A stretch of DNA of 57,535 nt, filler included, from Squatina squatina (GCA_031763465.1; 4 parts of 3 records of this genome joined end to end with filler, not necessarily neighbours in it); one strand, 5' to 3'; positions 36,301-48,900 are shown, counted from the first letter of the whole stretch. Program-made: numbers and translations. Notes: generated by a model not told the origin, from the sequence alone.

Positions 36301-38163
36301 TAAATAAGTCAGTACAAGCTGAGTTGTGCCCATTTTCTGGCCCGCAGAATTTGCCACACGCACACACACATTCTGTCANNNNNNNNNNACATGAACGAGC
36401 AACCTCGGCGCCTGGCATCGTTTGCAATAACGTGTCGCATCCACACAAGCACTAACCAAGGTAAGGGACATCACAAATATCTCTGCACTCTCTCCTGTAA
36501 AGTGAAAGCTTTTACACGATTAGAAGTCAAGTGAGAAACCCGTGCTTTGATTCTAGATTTAGAAAGTGCCATTCTTGCTGCTAGCTGCCGTACCTTTGAC
36601 TTACAAAAGCGACATGCTCAGACGGCGCCGGCAAACCTGCTATTTTTTTCTCTCGCTCTGGTAAGATCACGGGATTGTTAAGTTTAATATAACGTCGAAT
36701 TTCTAATAAGGCTGGGTTTGCGTTGGTGAAGGCCTGTNNNNNNNNNNNNNNNNNNNNNNNNNNNNNNNNNNNNNNNNNNNNNNNNNNNNNNNNNNNNNNN
36801 NNNNNNNNNNNNNNNNNNNNNNNNNNNNNNNNNNNNNGTGTTACTTCAGACAGCCTATAGTTCAACCTTTGTACTGTTGTTTCTACATTGAGTGCAAAGC
36901 AAATTGGACTGACGGGTTTGAGGTAATAGTGCACGTTCTAGATTTTGTGTCAAGTATTTAACAAATTGTTGCCAAAAATAGCTAAAACCTATCGCCTCAT
37001 TTGACCCTTAAATCAGACTCAAAAGATGTAATTTAGAATACAAAATTACATCATATATTTAGACCTAGCAACTCATTAGTGATTGACGAGTTTGTTTTTT
37101 TTACCATCTGGCCTGGTACCACTCTGCCACTGTAAAAGGATATCATATTTAATAAAAACTAATTCAGAGTGAGCTAAGGTTGTAATTAATTCAAGAAGTT
37201 CAAATGATATCGTAAACTATGAGAGCATGTGAATGTCAACCGAAACCTCAGATTGCATTACAACTCTTATTCACCACACAAACATAATCTGAGGAATTTG
37301 TTTTTTAAGAGTTAACTTTCCGTCTATTACATGCCGAGGCATCGGCATAGCTGCGAGGTTTAGTCAACATGATGTAAGAGAAAGAACATCGGAGTTGGTC
37401 AGATCATCGTAAGTATACTACACCACTTGATACATACTTAGTGCAACCAAGTCATTTCAAGGTCACACAACTCAGTACTGTGAATCAATTCTGGGTGAAA
37501 TTCATGTTGCATGATGCTAGCACATTAATGTGTGGGTATGAAATTTATCCATCTGATATTTTAACAATAGACTATTAAAATAGATGGCTTTAGGCCTTTG
37601 TTAAAACAGAGGAATTTTGGACAGTGTGATTTCACCCTACTGGTGTTAAAATCCTAAATTCTTTATTTTACATCCATTAAAAAAAATGACATTGAAATTG
37701 CTTTGGGCACAAAAATTGCTGATTTCATAACATTTAAAGGTTGTTGTAAAGGTTTTCCCATATGTGTATCGCTCTCATTCTGTAAGAAAGTATAGAATGA
37801 GGAAGAGCCATTTGGAGTCTCAGGCCCGTTCCTTCTAACTAGCCTATCAATTAAAACAGATTTTACTCAATTGAGTTTCCTGAGGGAGATAAATAAGTAC
37901 AGGTAAATGTTTCAAGACTATAATCTCCCCATGGAAATGGAACAGAACTCCAGAAAATGAATCTGAAATTATTTCCACATACAGCCACCACCACAATACT
38001 CAACCCTGACCGACTACTTTCCACAAGCATCACCTACATGGTCTGGAGAACTGCAGGCAGATTNNNNNNNNNNNNNNNNNNNNNNNNNNNNNNNNNNNNN
38101 NNNNNNNNNNNNNNNNNNNNNNNNNNNNNNNNNNNNNNNNNNNNNNNNNNNNNNNNNNNNNNN

Positions 38164-38245
38164 TCATATTGAATGGCGGTGCAGGCTCGAAGGGCCGAAT
38201 GGCCTACTCCTGCACCTATTTTCTATGTTTCTATGTTTTTCTATG
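38164..38245 (+). mobile_element. CR1 LINE 3' terminus with (TTCTATGT)n tail
   Basis: gaatggcggtgcaggctcgaagggccgaatggcctactcctgcacctattttctatgtttctatgtttttctatg; CpGs retained, so probably young. Confidence 0.85.
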
Positions 38246-40284
38246 ATTTGAAATAGAGCACCACGGTAAGCAATAAATATTACTGTCAAGTAAGAGTATT
38301 GGACAGTTATGGATATGGCGGTAAGAAATATTTGAAGAGATGTGGAAATGAAGTAGCAGAAGGGAAATTGTTGGGTTATGCAAATTACCTTATACATGCC
38401 ATGATGGGATATGAAATGCACTGCTGGAAGGAACTTCCACGAACCAGTTCAGCTTGCCTCAATCCCCACTAATCTAATGTTCAAAGGCTAAAGGCGGAAG
38501 ATTTAAGCGTTATCTGTCTGTTCGCAGAAAGTGCAATCGAGACTATAGACGTCTAATGCATCTACATCAGTTTTGAATGGTGTTCCAATGCAATTGTGCT
38601 TCACAAAATGAACTAACTGCTGATCGTTCTGGCTGATGTATCACACACATTAACTAGGTGTGAAAAATGGCAAAGTTAACATACAGCTGAGGTTATGCTA
38701 AAGCGTTGGCTCAAAAATTGTCTCGATAACTATGCAATTGCCATGTTGTTATCTGAATATTGACTGCTGAGCAACAATTGCAACTAAATTATCTAGATTA
38801 ATGCACAGTGAGTTATGGAAGTGCATTAATAAAATTTTAACATAACCTAAAAGAGATTAAATGGCTCTGAGTATTTTGTCCCGGTATTCTAAATTTTGAA
38901 AAAAGAACTTTAGGGGCCAGAGGCCTTAGGTATACATATTTTTAAAATACTTCAAACAGTTTTACTTTTTATATGGAGTGCATATATTACAGCAACGCTT
39001 GCATCCTGTTTCCTAATTCTACAGACCAGTTTGATCCAATGTTTGTGCATTCCATCGAACTACAGCTGCTGGATGATGAAACAGGATGAGTTATTAAGCA
39101 TTCAGAGTTTTTATTTTTATCTCAGCCTGTAAATCTACAAGGCCAGTTATCAAATTCTTGGTAGAATTTTCTTAATTTTTGCCAGTACATTTAAGAAATC
39201 TGAGGATTCTAAGAACATAGGAAGGTACAGGACTGGAAAAGATTTGTTTATAAAATTTAACATGAATAAACTATACCACCAGCTTGACATAACAAAAGTT
39301 ATATGGATGAAGCTCAGTGTGGTATGATTGACCCAAACTGATATGTTGTGGGCATTCCCAATACTAGTGCTTGAAGAATCGAGCACTTGCATTTGTTCAA
39401 AAGATAGCCATTCTTATTAGAGCCTTAGGGCTAACCATCAACTGCCCTAACATATCTCTATTAGTCAACATTAATCTCTTCAGTCAATCTGTTAACGCTA
39501 TGCTTACCCTGAAGGAGTCTGCAACAGGTGCTTTATACTTCTGTCACACACAGCTCCTGTAATCAGTCTGCCCATATGACTTGATGGTGAGTATCCCATC
39601 AGTCAGCAGAGTCTGTTAATGCCGCAGTAACTGTTAAAACTCTTTCCAGAGGTGCCTTGATCCTGAATCTACATGTCCCAGAGGGAAGTCATGCTTAGGT
39701 CAGGAATTGCGTAGATATACAACTAGTAAGGCTGTCAGTGGTAGCATGTAGGTATAAACAGGGCAAACACACACATTTCTTTCTGGCTGTTATACAGGAT
39801 GTGATGTGCCTTTGTGTAATTTCATACATCACTTTCATATCTTGGCTTAGATATAATCAAATGCTGAATGGCAAAACTGACTTTCAACTCAGTCATAGAT
39901 GTAGCTGCAGCTATCGCTCCTACATAAATGTTCTGAACCATATGCTTTTGTTTCTGCCAAGCTCAAACTATGCTGTCCTATATGCTTTTCTTCTGCCCTG
40001 CATCCTCTCTTTCAAGCCAAGGTGTTTTTTTTATCATCTAGTTACTCCTAGTTGTTCCTAGGACCTCAAAGCTGTGGAAATCCTACAACTCCATCAATTT
40101 CCCTTCAAACTACAATTGGTTTTTAAAAGCCAATTTTGATGTTTCTCCTAGTCACTACCTCTTGACTTACTTTCCCACTCTTCATATTTTGTGCTGTTAC
40201 GACAATGTCACCTGGAATTCTCAATAATAAAACAACCAGATGTGTCAGGGCTGATGCCTTTATTGGATCTGTCATAGTTATGAG

Positions 40285-40859
40285 GACATAGGAATATAAG
40301 AAATAGGAGCAGGAGTAGGCCATTCGGCCCCCCGAGCCTGCTTTGCCATTCAATAAGATGATCTTCTACCTCAACTCGACCTTCCTGCACTCTCCCCGTA
40401 GTATTCAAAAATCTATCAATCTTTGTCTTGAATATACTCAATGACTGAGCGTCGACAGCCCCCTGGGGTAGAGAATTCCAAAGGATCACAACCTTTTGAG
40501 TGAAGAAATTTCTCCTCATCTCAGTCCTAAATGGTCAATCCCTTATTCTGAGACTGCGACCCCTGGTTCTAGACTCTTCAGCCAGGAGAAACATCCACAC
40601 AGCATCTACCCTGTCAAGCTGCTAAAGAATTTTATACATTTCAATAAGATCACCTTTCATTCTTCTAAAATCTAGGGCATATAGAATAAAAACAGAAAAT
40701 GCTGGCAATACTCAGGCTGCAATGGTGGAGAGAGAAACAGAGTTAACATTTCAGGTCGATGGCCTTACATTAGAACTGAACTAGGGCATATTGGCCTAGT
40801 CTACAATAATCTCTCCTCATAGGACATCCCTTCATCCCAGGAATCAGTCTAGTGAACCT
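40285..40859 (-). mobile_element. CR1 LINE 3' region, interrupted at 40683-40780
   Basis: MRRNFFTQKVVILWNSLPQGAVDAQSLSIFKTKIDRFL is a CR1 ORF2 C-terminus. The 3'UTR matches 38164-38245. Confidence 0.9.
40683..40780 (-). mobile_element. ~98-bp Penelope pLTR/hammerhead module inserted in CR1 with TSD
   Basis: Reverse complement ttcagttctaatgtaaggccatcgacctgaaatgttaactctgtttctctctccacc...ctgagtattgccagcattttctgttttta matches 19120-19210. Direct repeat CTAGGGCATAT at 40672-40682 and 40781-40791. Confidence 0.8.
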
Positions 40860-42363
40860 NNNNNNNNNNNNNNNNNNNNNNNNNNNNNNNNNNNNNNNNN
40901 NNNNNNNNNNNNNNNNNNNNNNNNNNNNNNNNNNNNNNNNNNNNNNNNNNNNNNNNNNNCAGATTTAATTGCTCATGAGACTAACCCGCTGGCATTCCAC
41001 ACCGATCTGGCAGACCCGGTGAAAGGGGCAGCTGCTGGAAATTGTCGGGGTTCCTCTGTAAATATGCAGATAATGACACAATTGGGGCCTGACTGCTATT
41101 TTAACTGCAGGCCTGAGCGGGGAAGTGGTTCTGAACTTCCTGCCAGACCCAGCTAGCGAGAAGAGGAGTGGGGGCCAGAAGAAGCCCAAAATGGTGACTC
41201 TGCTTACTTTTTTTGGCTTTCCTTGTGAGGCCAGAGGGAGCAAGAAAACTTAAACCATCCCTGCCCCTGGTTTCCCCGTCACCCCCATCCACGATTGTGA
41301 GACCCTCCCAAAACCCCACCCCAGTGACCTAGCAGAGGACCAGGGACCATTCCTCCTTGTAAACATTGCAGCAAAATTATACTAAATCCAAAGTATGTTC
41401 CCCTTTAAGAGCTCCATTGCAAATGGAGCTTCCCGTGCTCCCGTTCAAAGGGCTTTGTAGAGAATAAGGGCAAAACGCTGAAAGATATTTGTTGAATTAT
41501 GTCTGCATGCTTCCTGCCTCTTTAATGAAGCTAGTACATGTGGAGAGAGGTACATTTTTGTCTTTAGGGGCCCCAGTGCATTTATCTATTGAGACAAAGG
41601 AAATATGCAGATATCAATACCTTGATCATATATTAAGATTGGTGCTGAGAGCATCATTTTATCCACATATACTTACCCTACTCCAAGTAGAGAATTCCAG
41701 CCTACCAAATTACTTCCAATTCAGTCCTGTTATGTAAAGTTCCTTATCCAAGCACAACACTTGCATAAAAAGTCACGATCCAGGCATAAAATGTTCCCTA
41801 CTTATCCAATTTTTTGAAGTACTGGACACTAAATACAGTAAATCCACTGCCAAATTTCACCCAAAGACAGCAGCACACTTCAGAAATCCAATCACAGTTG
41901 TGTAAAATATACGCCTCCATTCAGTGTTTTCTGTTTTCATTTTTGATTGAATTGCAGAGTGAATGTTTTAATGGGCTGTGGCACAAGGATTTGCCAAAAT
42001 GCCCTATTTATCCACGGTTTATAGAAATCCAGGTTTAAGCAAAATCCTGATTCAAGCATAACATTTCTTGGCAAATTTATGTTTATCAGAATTCGACTGT
42101 ACACACATCAGTATCCTGTGACATTTTCAGCCAGTAAGAGAGTTCAAATTCATAACAAATTGGCCAATTCTCTAATTGCGATTTAATTAGAAAAACGGTT
42201 CTGCTTTTTGCACTCTTTTTCCCTGGTGCTATTGTTGAAATTTCTTTCATAACACTTCTTGCTCTCTACAGCACCAACTCTGGATTGTCTCAATCAGCAA
42301 CGGGAGTTGCTTTTATTCTGTGGATAGCCAGCTATCCCAAAAAAGGAAATTTATGCCTCTTTT

Positions 42364-42463
42364 NNNNNNNNNNNNNNNNNNNNNNNNNNNNNNNNNNNNN
42401 NNNNNNNTTAATTAATTAANNNNNNNNNNNNNNNNNNNNNNNNNNNNNNNNNNNNNNNNNNNN
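42364..42463. other. Artificial scaffold-concatenation linker
   Basis: TTAATTAATTAA at 42408-42419 flanked by 44 N on each side. Confidence 0.97.
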
Positions 42464-42687
42464 CCAGCCAGTCAAGAGTTTTCCCCGGATTCCCATTGAC
42501 TTCAATTTTACTGGGGTCCCTGATGCCACACACGGTCAAATGCTGCCTTGATGTCAAGGGCAGTCACTGTCCCATGATGTCTGGAATTTAGCTCTTTTGT
42601 CCATGTTTGGACCAAGGCTGTAATAAGGTCTGGAGCAGAGTGGTCCTGACGGAACCCAAACTGCGCATCGGTGAGCAGGTTATTGGG
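42464..42687 (-). mobile_element. Non-LTR retrotransposon reverse-transcriptase fragment
   Basis: NNLLTDAQFGFRQDHSAPDLITALVQTWTKELNSRHHGTVTALDIKAAFDRVWHQG (QFGFR and LDIKAAFDRV RT motifs), then a frameshift. Confidence 0.9.
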
Positions 42688-43084
42688 TTTGGAAAAGTCT
42701 AGAATGCCTTCATGACTGGCTTAGTATTAGTGCAAGTGGTTTTGGCTTCGTAAACCTGGTAGTGTAAATTAGGTATTAAGGCCCAAACGGACTACAAAAT
42801 GGAGTGAGACTGTCTTCTCTGTTGAGTCTCACTTTACTCTGGTTGTCAGCTCTGGCGTCAGCTCAGGACCAGAGTCAGGATTCAGATTGTATTTACACTA
42901 TGAACTGCAGTGCCAGTGCAAAACAAAATTGCTTTACACTGATGCTACAGTGTAGTGTGAAAGCACCCTTGGATTGAAGTGGATTTCACTTGTGTATAAC
43001 TGAAGTTCAAAAATAGTGTTGATTTTATCCAGTATAATAGAAAATTCCAACTTTTAAATTCAGTTTAAAACAAAACATTCTTAC

Positions 43085-43162
43085 CTATTCTGAATACATT
43101 CTCCATAAGGCAGTACAGAAAAAGCTGAGCACAGTGATCTTTTAGCACAGATGAGAACAATC
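43085..43162 (-). CDS. CABLES2: CABLES2 internal exon (Cdk5 and Abl enzyme substrate 2)
   Basis: 78 bp, ttggtttcatttaag|G...AG|gtaaga: (R)IVLICAKRSLCSAFSVLPYGECIQN matches CABLES2 RIVLICAKRSLCAAFSVLPYGE rather than CABLES1 RIVLISGRRSFCSIFSVLPYRD. Not in the ORF track. Confidence 0.9.
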
Positions 43163-43619
43163 CTTAAATGAAACCAAGAAAATCATGTATTAGTTCACAA
43201 TTGCACACAGGGCTACATGTAGCAGAAAATAGTTATTAAGTGTAATCTTTAGTTACCATAACCTGAAGACTATTCAGGGAAAAAATATTTTACAGCAGAA
43301 TATGTGGCAGACAATAGAATATCCCGTGACTTGTCCACACTATAATACCATTTCACATTTTCAGCATTCATGGCTTATTTGTTGGCTCTGACCATATAGT
43401 TTAAACATATTTGAATGTGCAAATTGTGCTAGAGCACTGGAGAGTCGCTGGTTTAACACCACTGCTTAGAGTGGAAAGGAATAAACCAGGTAACAACATG
43501 CAAGCCAGCAGGTGTACGCTCCTCGATACAGGATACAATTATTACTCACTTAGGTTTAGTTAAGGGCAGCCAGCACAGATTTGTAAAAGTCAAGTAGGTT
43601 AATAGAGCTCTGAAGAAAT

Positions 43620-44430
43620 GATGCAGTGTGGCGATGCAGGAAATGTGGATGTCGCGCATATGGATTTTCAAAAGGCATTTTGAGAAGGTGCCTCAATGAC
43701 ATTGAGCCAGGGATGTGGTAGCATAGATAGGAAGTTATAAGACAGAAAACCAAAAAATACTGATTAATGGAGGTTTTTCAGACTGGAGAGGTGTAAATAA
43801 GTATACTTCAGAGGTCAGTGTTAAGACCAATGCTCTTAATATATATGATCAGGACTTTAGGAGTACAAATATAGGTTAGTAGATTGGACAGATAGAAGTC
43901 ATTTAGAAGAAATTTAATGTGGGGAAGTGTGAGGTAAATACACTTTATTGGTTAGGCTGCAGTTGGAATAGTGTGTTCAGTTTTCTGCACCTTACTGTGG
44001 GACAATGAGTTAAGGTTACAGAGAGCACAGAAAAGATCCACTATAATATCATGGAGGAGAAATTTTATTTGGGGAAACTACAGAAACTGGAGCTCTTTTT
44101 GTTAGGGTAAGAGCAGATCTGATAGAGCTGTCGAAAATTATGAGATTTTGGTTAGGCAAATGGGGAAAGTATTTCCACGAGGTGGTGAGTTGGTAACTAC
44201 AGGGCAAAAATTGAAGATCACAAAGAATGCAGAGGGCTGTCAGGATATGGAATTCACAATCAAAAACAGCAGTGGAAGCAGAATCCATAATAGCTTTTCA
44301 AAGGTACTGGATAAATATTCAAAACAAATTAAAAACTATGGGTACGGGACTTTGTGCATAGCTTTTCCAGAGAGTAGGTGCAGGTTGAGTGGCTGAATAG
44401 CCTCATTCTGAGCTGTAAAATTCTATGATT
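43620..44430 (+). mobile_element. Old CR1 LINE with internal deletions
   Basis: VDVAHMDFQKAF at about 43646-43681, a GSVLGP-like segment near 43812, and 3' end ggctgaatagcctcattctgagctgtaaaattctatgatt. Confidence 0.75.
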
Positions 44431-45473
44431 GTGGTATGTTTTCTACAGTCTATGATCACTTGACCAGTGTTCTGTTCCTGCCTTGGAAAGGAGTACTGTT
44501 GAAAAATATAATTAAAAGTATTTGACATACATATGCTTATACTTTTTTTTGAAGTTAAAGTCAGTGCACATCACTCCACTGTGAAAGAGAAAGAAAGAGA
44601 CACTGCAATATGAAAATCAGTCCTGCACATTTAAAATGATAATACACATCAAAAAGGGTGATGCTNNNNNNNNNNNNNNNNNNNNNNNNNNNNNNNNNNN
44701 NNNNNNNNNNNNNNNNNNNNNNNNNNNNNNNNNNNNNNNNNNNNNNNNNNNNNNNNNNNNNNNNNCAGTTTCTACTGCCTAGGAGGAAAATTGGACAGCT
44801 ATCTTTCTGGAGGATTATAGATGATTATTGGAATAGTTTTGAGCAAATACCAATTTATTAATCCAATACTTGCTATTTCAAATTCTTTAACACTTCAGAA
44901 TCTTATTTCACTTGAATTATTTTATATACCCATAACTAAGCCCCATACACAAGTGGCTCCAGCTCAGGGCCAGCCTGATTGGAGCAAGTTGCAACCATAC
45001 CATGAACTTTCTGGTCAAAGCAAATAATTCTAATTCTATGAACAACAATAAAAAGGTGATAAAATCAATTTTAGTTAATGTTGATTTTCTTCCGGAAAAG
45101 CTGAACTACTTAAAAACTCTGTACATCACGCACGCATACATTGGTGCGTGTCACCAGTACATCATCTATTTGTTAGCCAAGGAAACAAAACCCAGAGATG
45201 TTGTCAATTGGCCATTACCATGGTACCCAATCGGGAAATGTGGTAACAACCTATACACTTACAAATCACACATGGATTAACAATATTATTGTGGCTCTTC
45301 AGTTTAGATAATCTATTACAGGGGAAGATTGAGTCTGAGTGCTCGGTATAGCAAAATCATAAATGCGTTTAGAAAGGAAATTTTCCCTATACCTGACAGT
45401 CAAAATCTTCACCCTACATGTAAATAGAAACTGACCTCAGCTGAAATTTGTTTTTGGAGGTCAATATTCTTAC

Positions 45474-45582
45474 CACTTGGATTTCCCCCACTCCTGGTCT
45501 TGGTTCTTTTAGTACATAGTTTCATTCTAATTCTTGGTTTGGCGTCTGCCTCTCTGGATTTAGAATTGCCGTCGTATTGTGC
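45474..45582 (-). CDS. Candidate internal exon, possibly a later RBBP8NL exon
   Basis: ctctgcttgcag|GCA...AGTG|gtaaga, one open frame AQYDGNSKSREADAKPRIRMKLCTKRTKTRSGGNPS. Lies between RBBP8NL and CABLES2 on the same strand; no recognised homology. Confidence 0.35.
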
Positions 45583-47157
45583 CTGCAAGCAGAGTATCTG
45601 ATCCTCCATCTCAGCTCATACAGCATAGTTCACACAGGACAGCACAATACAGTTTACAGTTATTCTACGTACTTAGAAAAGTAACTATTACATTTTTATC
45701 AAACTGCACCATATACTTTGCTGTTTATTTTAGTTGTGTGGGATACTCATATCTGTAGAAGCTAATTACCTACTTCAGTTAAACAGTTTTAATTGCACTC
45801 ACTTCTGTTATACCACGTGACCTACAGATGCACCACTTTCCCTTTGCTGATGCCAGTAAAAAGTTTGGGGCAAACATAAAACTGGTAAAATGCACTCACT
45901 AGTAACTGACTCACAAGTGAAATAGTTTATGTGATGGAAAGTATCACTTGTGAACATTAAAAGGATGAATATGTGTACATCATATTTAATTGTTATTTTT
46001 GGTATCAATATGATTGCAATCGTGACCCTATACTTAAAAATTCCTCACCCTTTTGCTTTAAAAAAAAGTTTCTTTTGCAAGTAGAAAAGGATGCATTGTA
46101 GATTAGCATAAATGCGACAAGTTGCATGTTCCGAACTGACATTCTGATGCAGCTCCCGTTAGTGGAGCAGGGCGAGGGGAATTCAAATAATGCAGTTGTT
46201 AACCCTTTTATTTCAATGCCTCTGCTACATAGCGGATACAGGAATGCCAGACAATGGCTTTAAGTGCTCGTCTGGTAATATTGTCAAGAATAATTTCTAG
46301 TGTAAAGTCATACAAAGTTGTGTCTGTTTACCTTTGTTTACCTTGGGTTAACCAACTAGATGGGGTGAGTATAAAAGGTAGAAAAACAAGTTAAAACAAA
46401 TCAGAGTCTAAACTGTAGAATTTAATAGAACGCTTATCTAATTCCTTGTATTAATTCACTTTTATCATTTAATCTATGTGGAACAGAGAAGTGACTCAAG
46501 TATTAACATTTCACTTTTGAGAACCATAAGGTATTTAATCCATAACTGCCACCTACAACTGACGTTTTCCCATTGCTGATCTGACATATATATGTTCAAT
46601 ATTGAACAGTAATGGTTAGAAATAACGATAACCGTAATTCCATAGCACTGATATTTTATTCATTACAAAACACGATAACACACCTTCATGTTCAAATTCT
46701 TGNNNNNNNNNNNNNNNNNNNNNNNNNNNNNNNNNNNNNNNNNNNNNNNNNNNNNNNNNNNNNNNNNNNNNNNNNNNNNNNNNNNNNNNNNNNNNNNNNN
46801 NNTGGCAACGACAGGGGAAAACTGTTATTGCCAGCGCCACTGGCACCGGGTTGGGGGTGGGGGAGAGGCTGCCTCCAATTCATGGGCGGTCGGAGAGGGT
46901 TGGCGCGCAATGTTGTGACTTGCGCGCTGGCCCCTGTGCCAAGGACGGCGGGGCATCTACGTCTTCGGGGCACGAGGCCCAATTCCTCAATTTAAATTAT
47001 TTGGCCTGTTTGCTGATTTCACGCCCGGATTGCATTGCTAATCGACGCAATCCAGCCATGAGATCAGACCAATTGAGTACCCCTTTGTAATACAGGATAT
47101 TGGGTTTACTCATGAAGAAAGAAAAATGCAATCAAAAGCATAATGTGCTATACTCAC

Positions 47158-47200
47158 AGACATCGCTCCATGTTTATCTCAGTTAACTTTGCGTACAGTC
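47158..47200 (-). CDS. RBBP8NL: RBBP8NL second coding exon (43 bp)
   Basis: ttttactgtttag|GA...CT|gtgagt: (G)LYAKLTEINMERC(L), in phase with the preceding exon. Compare RBBP8NL GLQNKLLELNSERCR and CtIP GLQVKVTKLKQERIL. Confidence 0.85.
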
Positions 47201-47460
47201 CTAAACAGTAAAAGTAAAAGGGAATCAGGAGAAAAAAATATTTTAGAAACAATGCAATCATTGTTCGTATTCTCATAGAGAGGATGTATTAGAATAAATT
47301 TTGTTCTGTGTTAGAATAAATATGTGTTCTTGCCAAATACTTCAAGTGAAGATCACAGTTAACGCTGACATTTACATTTTCTATTTAACAGTGGCTGTTA
47401 AACACATTTACGATGTAAAGGAATGCGTGGAACTGCTAACATCTTTGATAATTTCTATAC

Positions 47461-47527
47461 CTTGCACTTCTTGGTCGTGCAGCTCCTTGAGCTTTGCCCA
47501 GACATCTGTAAAGTTGTCCATAGCCAT
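47461..47527 (-). CDS. RBBP8NL: RBBP8NL first coding exon (exon spans 47461-47538), CtIP N-terminal coiled coil
   Basis: MAMDNFTDVWAKLKELHDQEVQ(G), acceptor cacttcag|, donor AAG|gtatag. Paralog call rests on the short N-terminus, the ERC motif and adjacency to CABLES2. Confidence 0.85.
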
Positions 47528-47619
47528 TGCTCACTGCCCTGAAGTGATTAGATTGAGCTTTAACTCCAGCTATATATGCACATAAACATAAGGTGGAAAC
47601 ATGTTTATTTTACTTACAA

Positions 47620-48240
47620 TAACAACAGCTCGCATTTGTATAGTGCCTTTAACATAGTAAAATGTCCTAAGGTGCTTCACAGGAGTGTAATCAGTCAAAA
47701 TTGACCGAAAGATTGGTCAAAGAGATAGGTTTTAAGGAGCTTCTTAAAGGAGGAGAGAGAGGTAAAGAGGTAGAGAGCTTTAGGGAGTGAATTATAATGC
47801 GTAGGACCATGCCCTGAAGGCATGGGCAGCAATGGAAGAAGAAAGGATGTGGGTGATGCACAAGAGGCCCGGTTTAAAGGGACGCAGGGCTCTCATTGGG
47901 TTACAGTGCTGGTGGAGGTTACAGAGATGGGGAGGAGCAGACCTTGGAGGAATTTGAGCATGAGGATGAGAGTTTTAAAATGAAGTCGTTGGTGGACTGG
48001 GAACCAATGTAAGTCAGCAAGCACAGAGCACAGAGGTGATGATGGCTGAACGGGATAGGATACGGGTAGCAGAGTTTTGGATGATCTTAAGTTTATGGGA
48101 GGTGGAAGATGGGAGGCCAGCCAGGAGAGCATTGGAATATTCGAGTCTAGTGGTAACAAAGGCATAGATGAGCGTTTCAGCAGCAAAAGGACTGAAACAG
48201 GGGCGTTGGGAGATAAACGATATTATGGAGGTGAAAGTAG
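47620..48240 (-). mobile_element. L2-clade LINE 3' end
   Basis: AAETLIYAFVTTRLEYSNALLAGLP...IIQNSATRIL and LADLHWFPVHQRLHFKTL, with the same tail as the 17153 copy. Confidence 0.9.
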
Positions 48241-48717
48241 NNNNNNNNNNNNNNNNNNNNNNNNNNNNNNNNNNNNNNNNNNNNNNNNNNNNNNNNNNNN
48301 NNNNNNNNNNNNNNNNNNNNNNNNNNNNNNNNNNNNNNNNTGGAAGCATTAGGAAGCCTTTAAAAAACATATAAAGTCTCCTTTAATTAAATACTGCATT
48401 TTATAGAACTATTGCGAGCTGTAATGTAACTCCTAAATGTTACACTCATCAGTTGTCTTAAATTATCAGAAGTGTAAGTTAATGCCTACATTAGACTATT
48501 TAATAATCTTATCAGGACTTTACTTTTATGTGTGTCATTACAAATGGAACATAAACTGATAATAAGAATTTCACAAATACTAGAAAGCGCAGTCATGGAG
48601 AGACGAGTAGCAAAGCAGCAGTATACAGATAACCCAAACGATTCTACCCTAAACACACTTCAAAGAAAACTGGAACTGCTATGAACTGTTGACAAGTTAG
48701 AAATATCACATACTTAC

Positions 48718-48900
48718 TCCACAGCCCTTGTTCATGCACTTTTATTCGACTTGTGCTTTCTACTTGGATCCAGCATCCCCCAGACGCAGCTAGGCAGGAT
48801 GCATGTAGGTAACAGGATGGTACAGAACGCCCTTAGCTCATACTTGCAAATCTAGTTTGTGCTTCTTTTTCCAGTTCTGGCAGCTGCGCTAAAGAAGAAA
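48718..48900 (-). other. RBBP8NL: Candidate non-coding exon 1 of RBBP8NL
   Basis: Donor GGA|gtaagta at 48716-17 upstream of the ATG exon, whose acceptor requires a 5' exon. TSS unknown. Confidence 0.45.

Noticed and set aside
35056-36740. FENDRR-like divergent lncRNA
   Set aside because: Only the position fits. No sequence evidence, and much of the region is gap.
41410-41430. 9-bp perfect hairpin AGCTCCATT-GCA-AATGGAGCT
   Set aside because: Isolated, lies in probable repeat-derived DNA, and is too short for a pre-miRNA.
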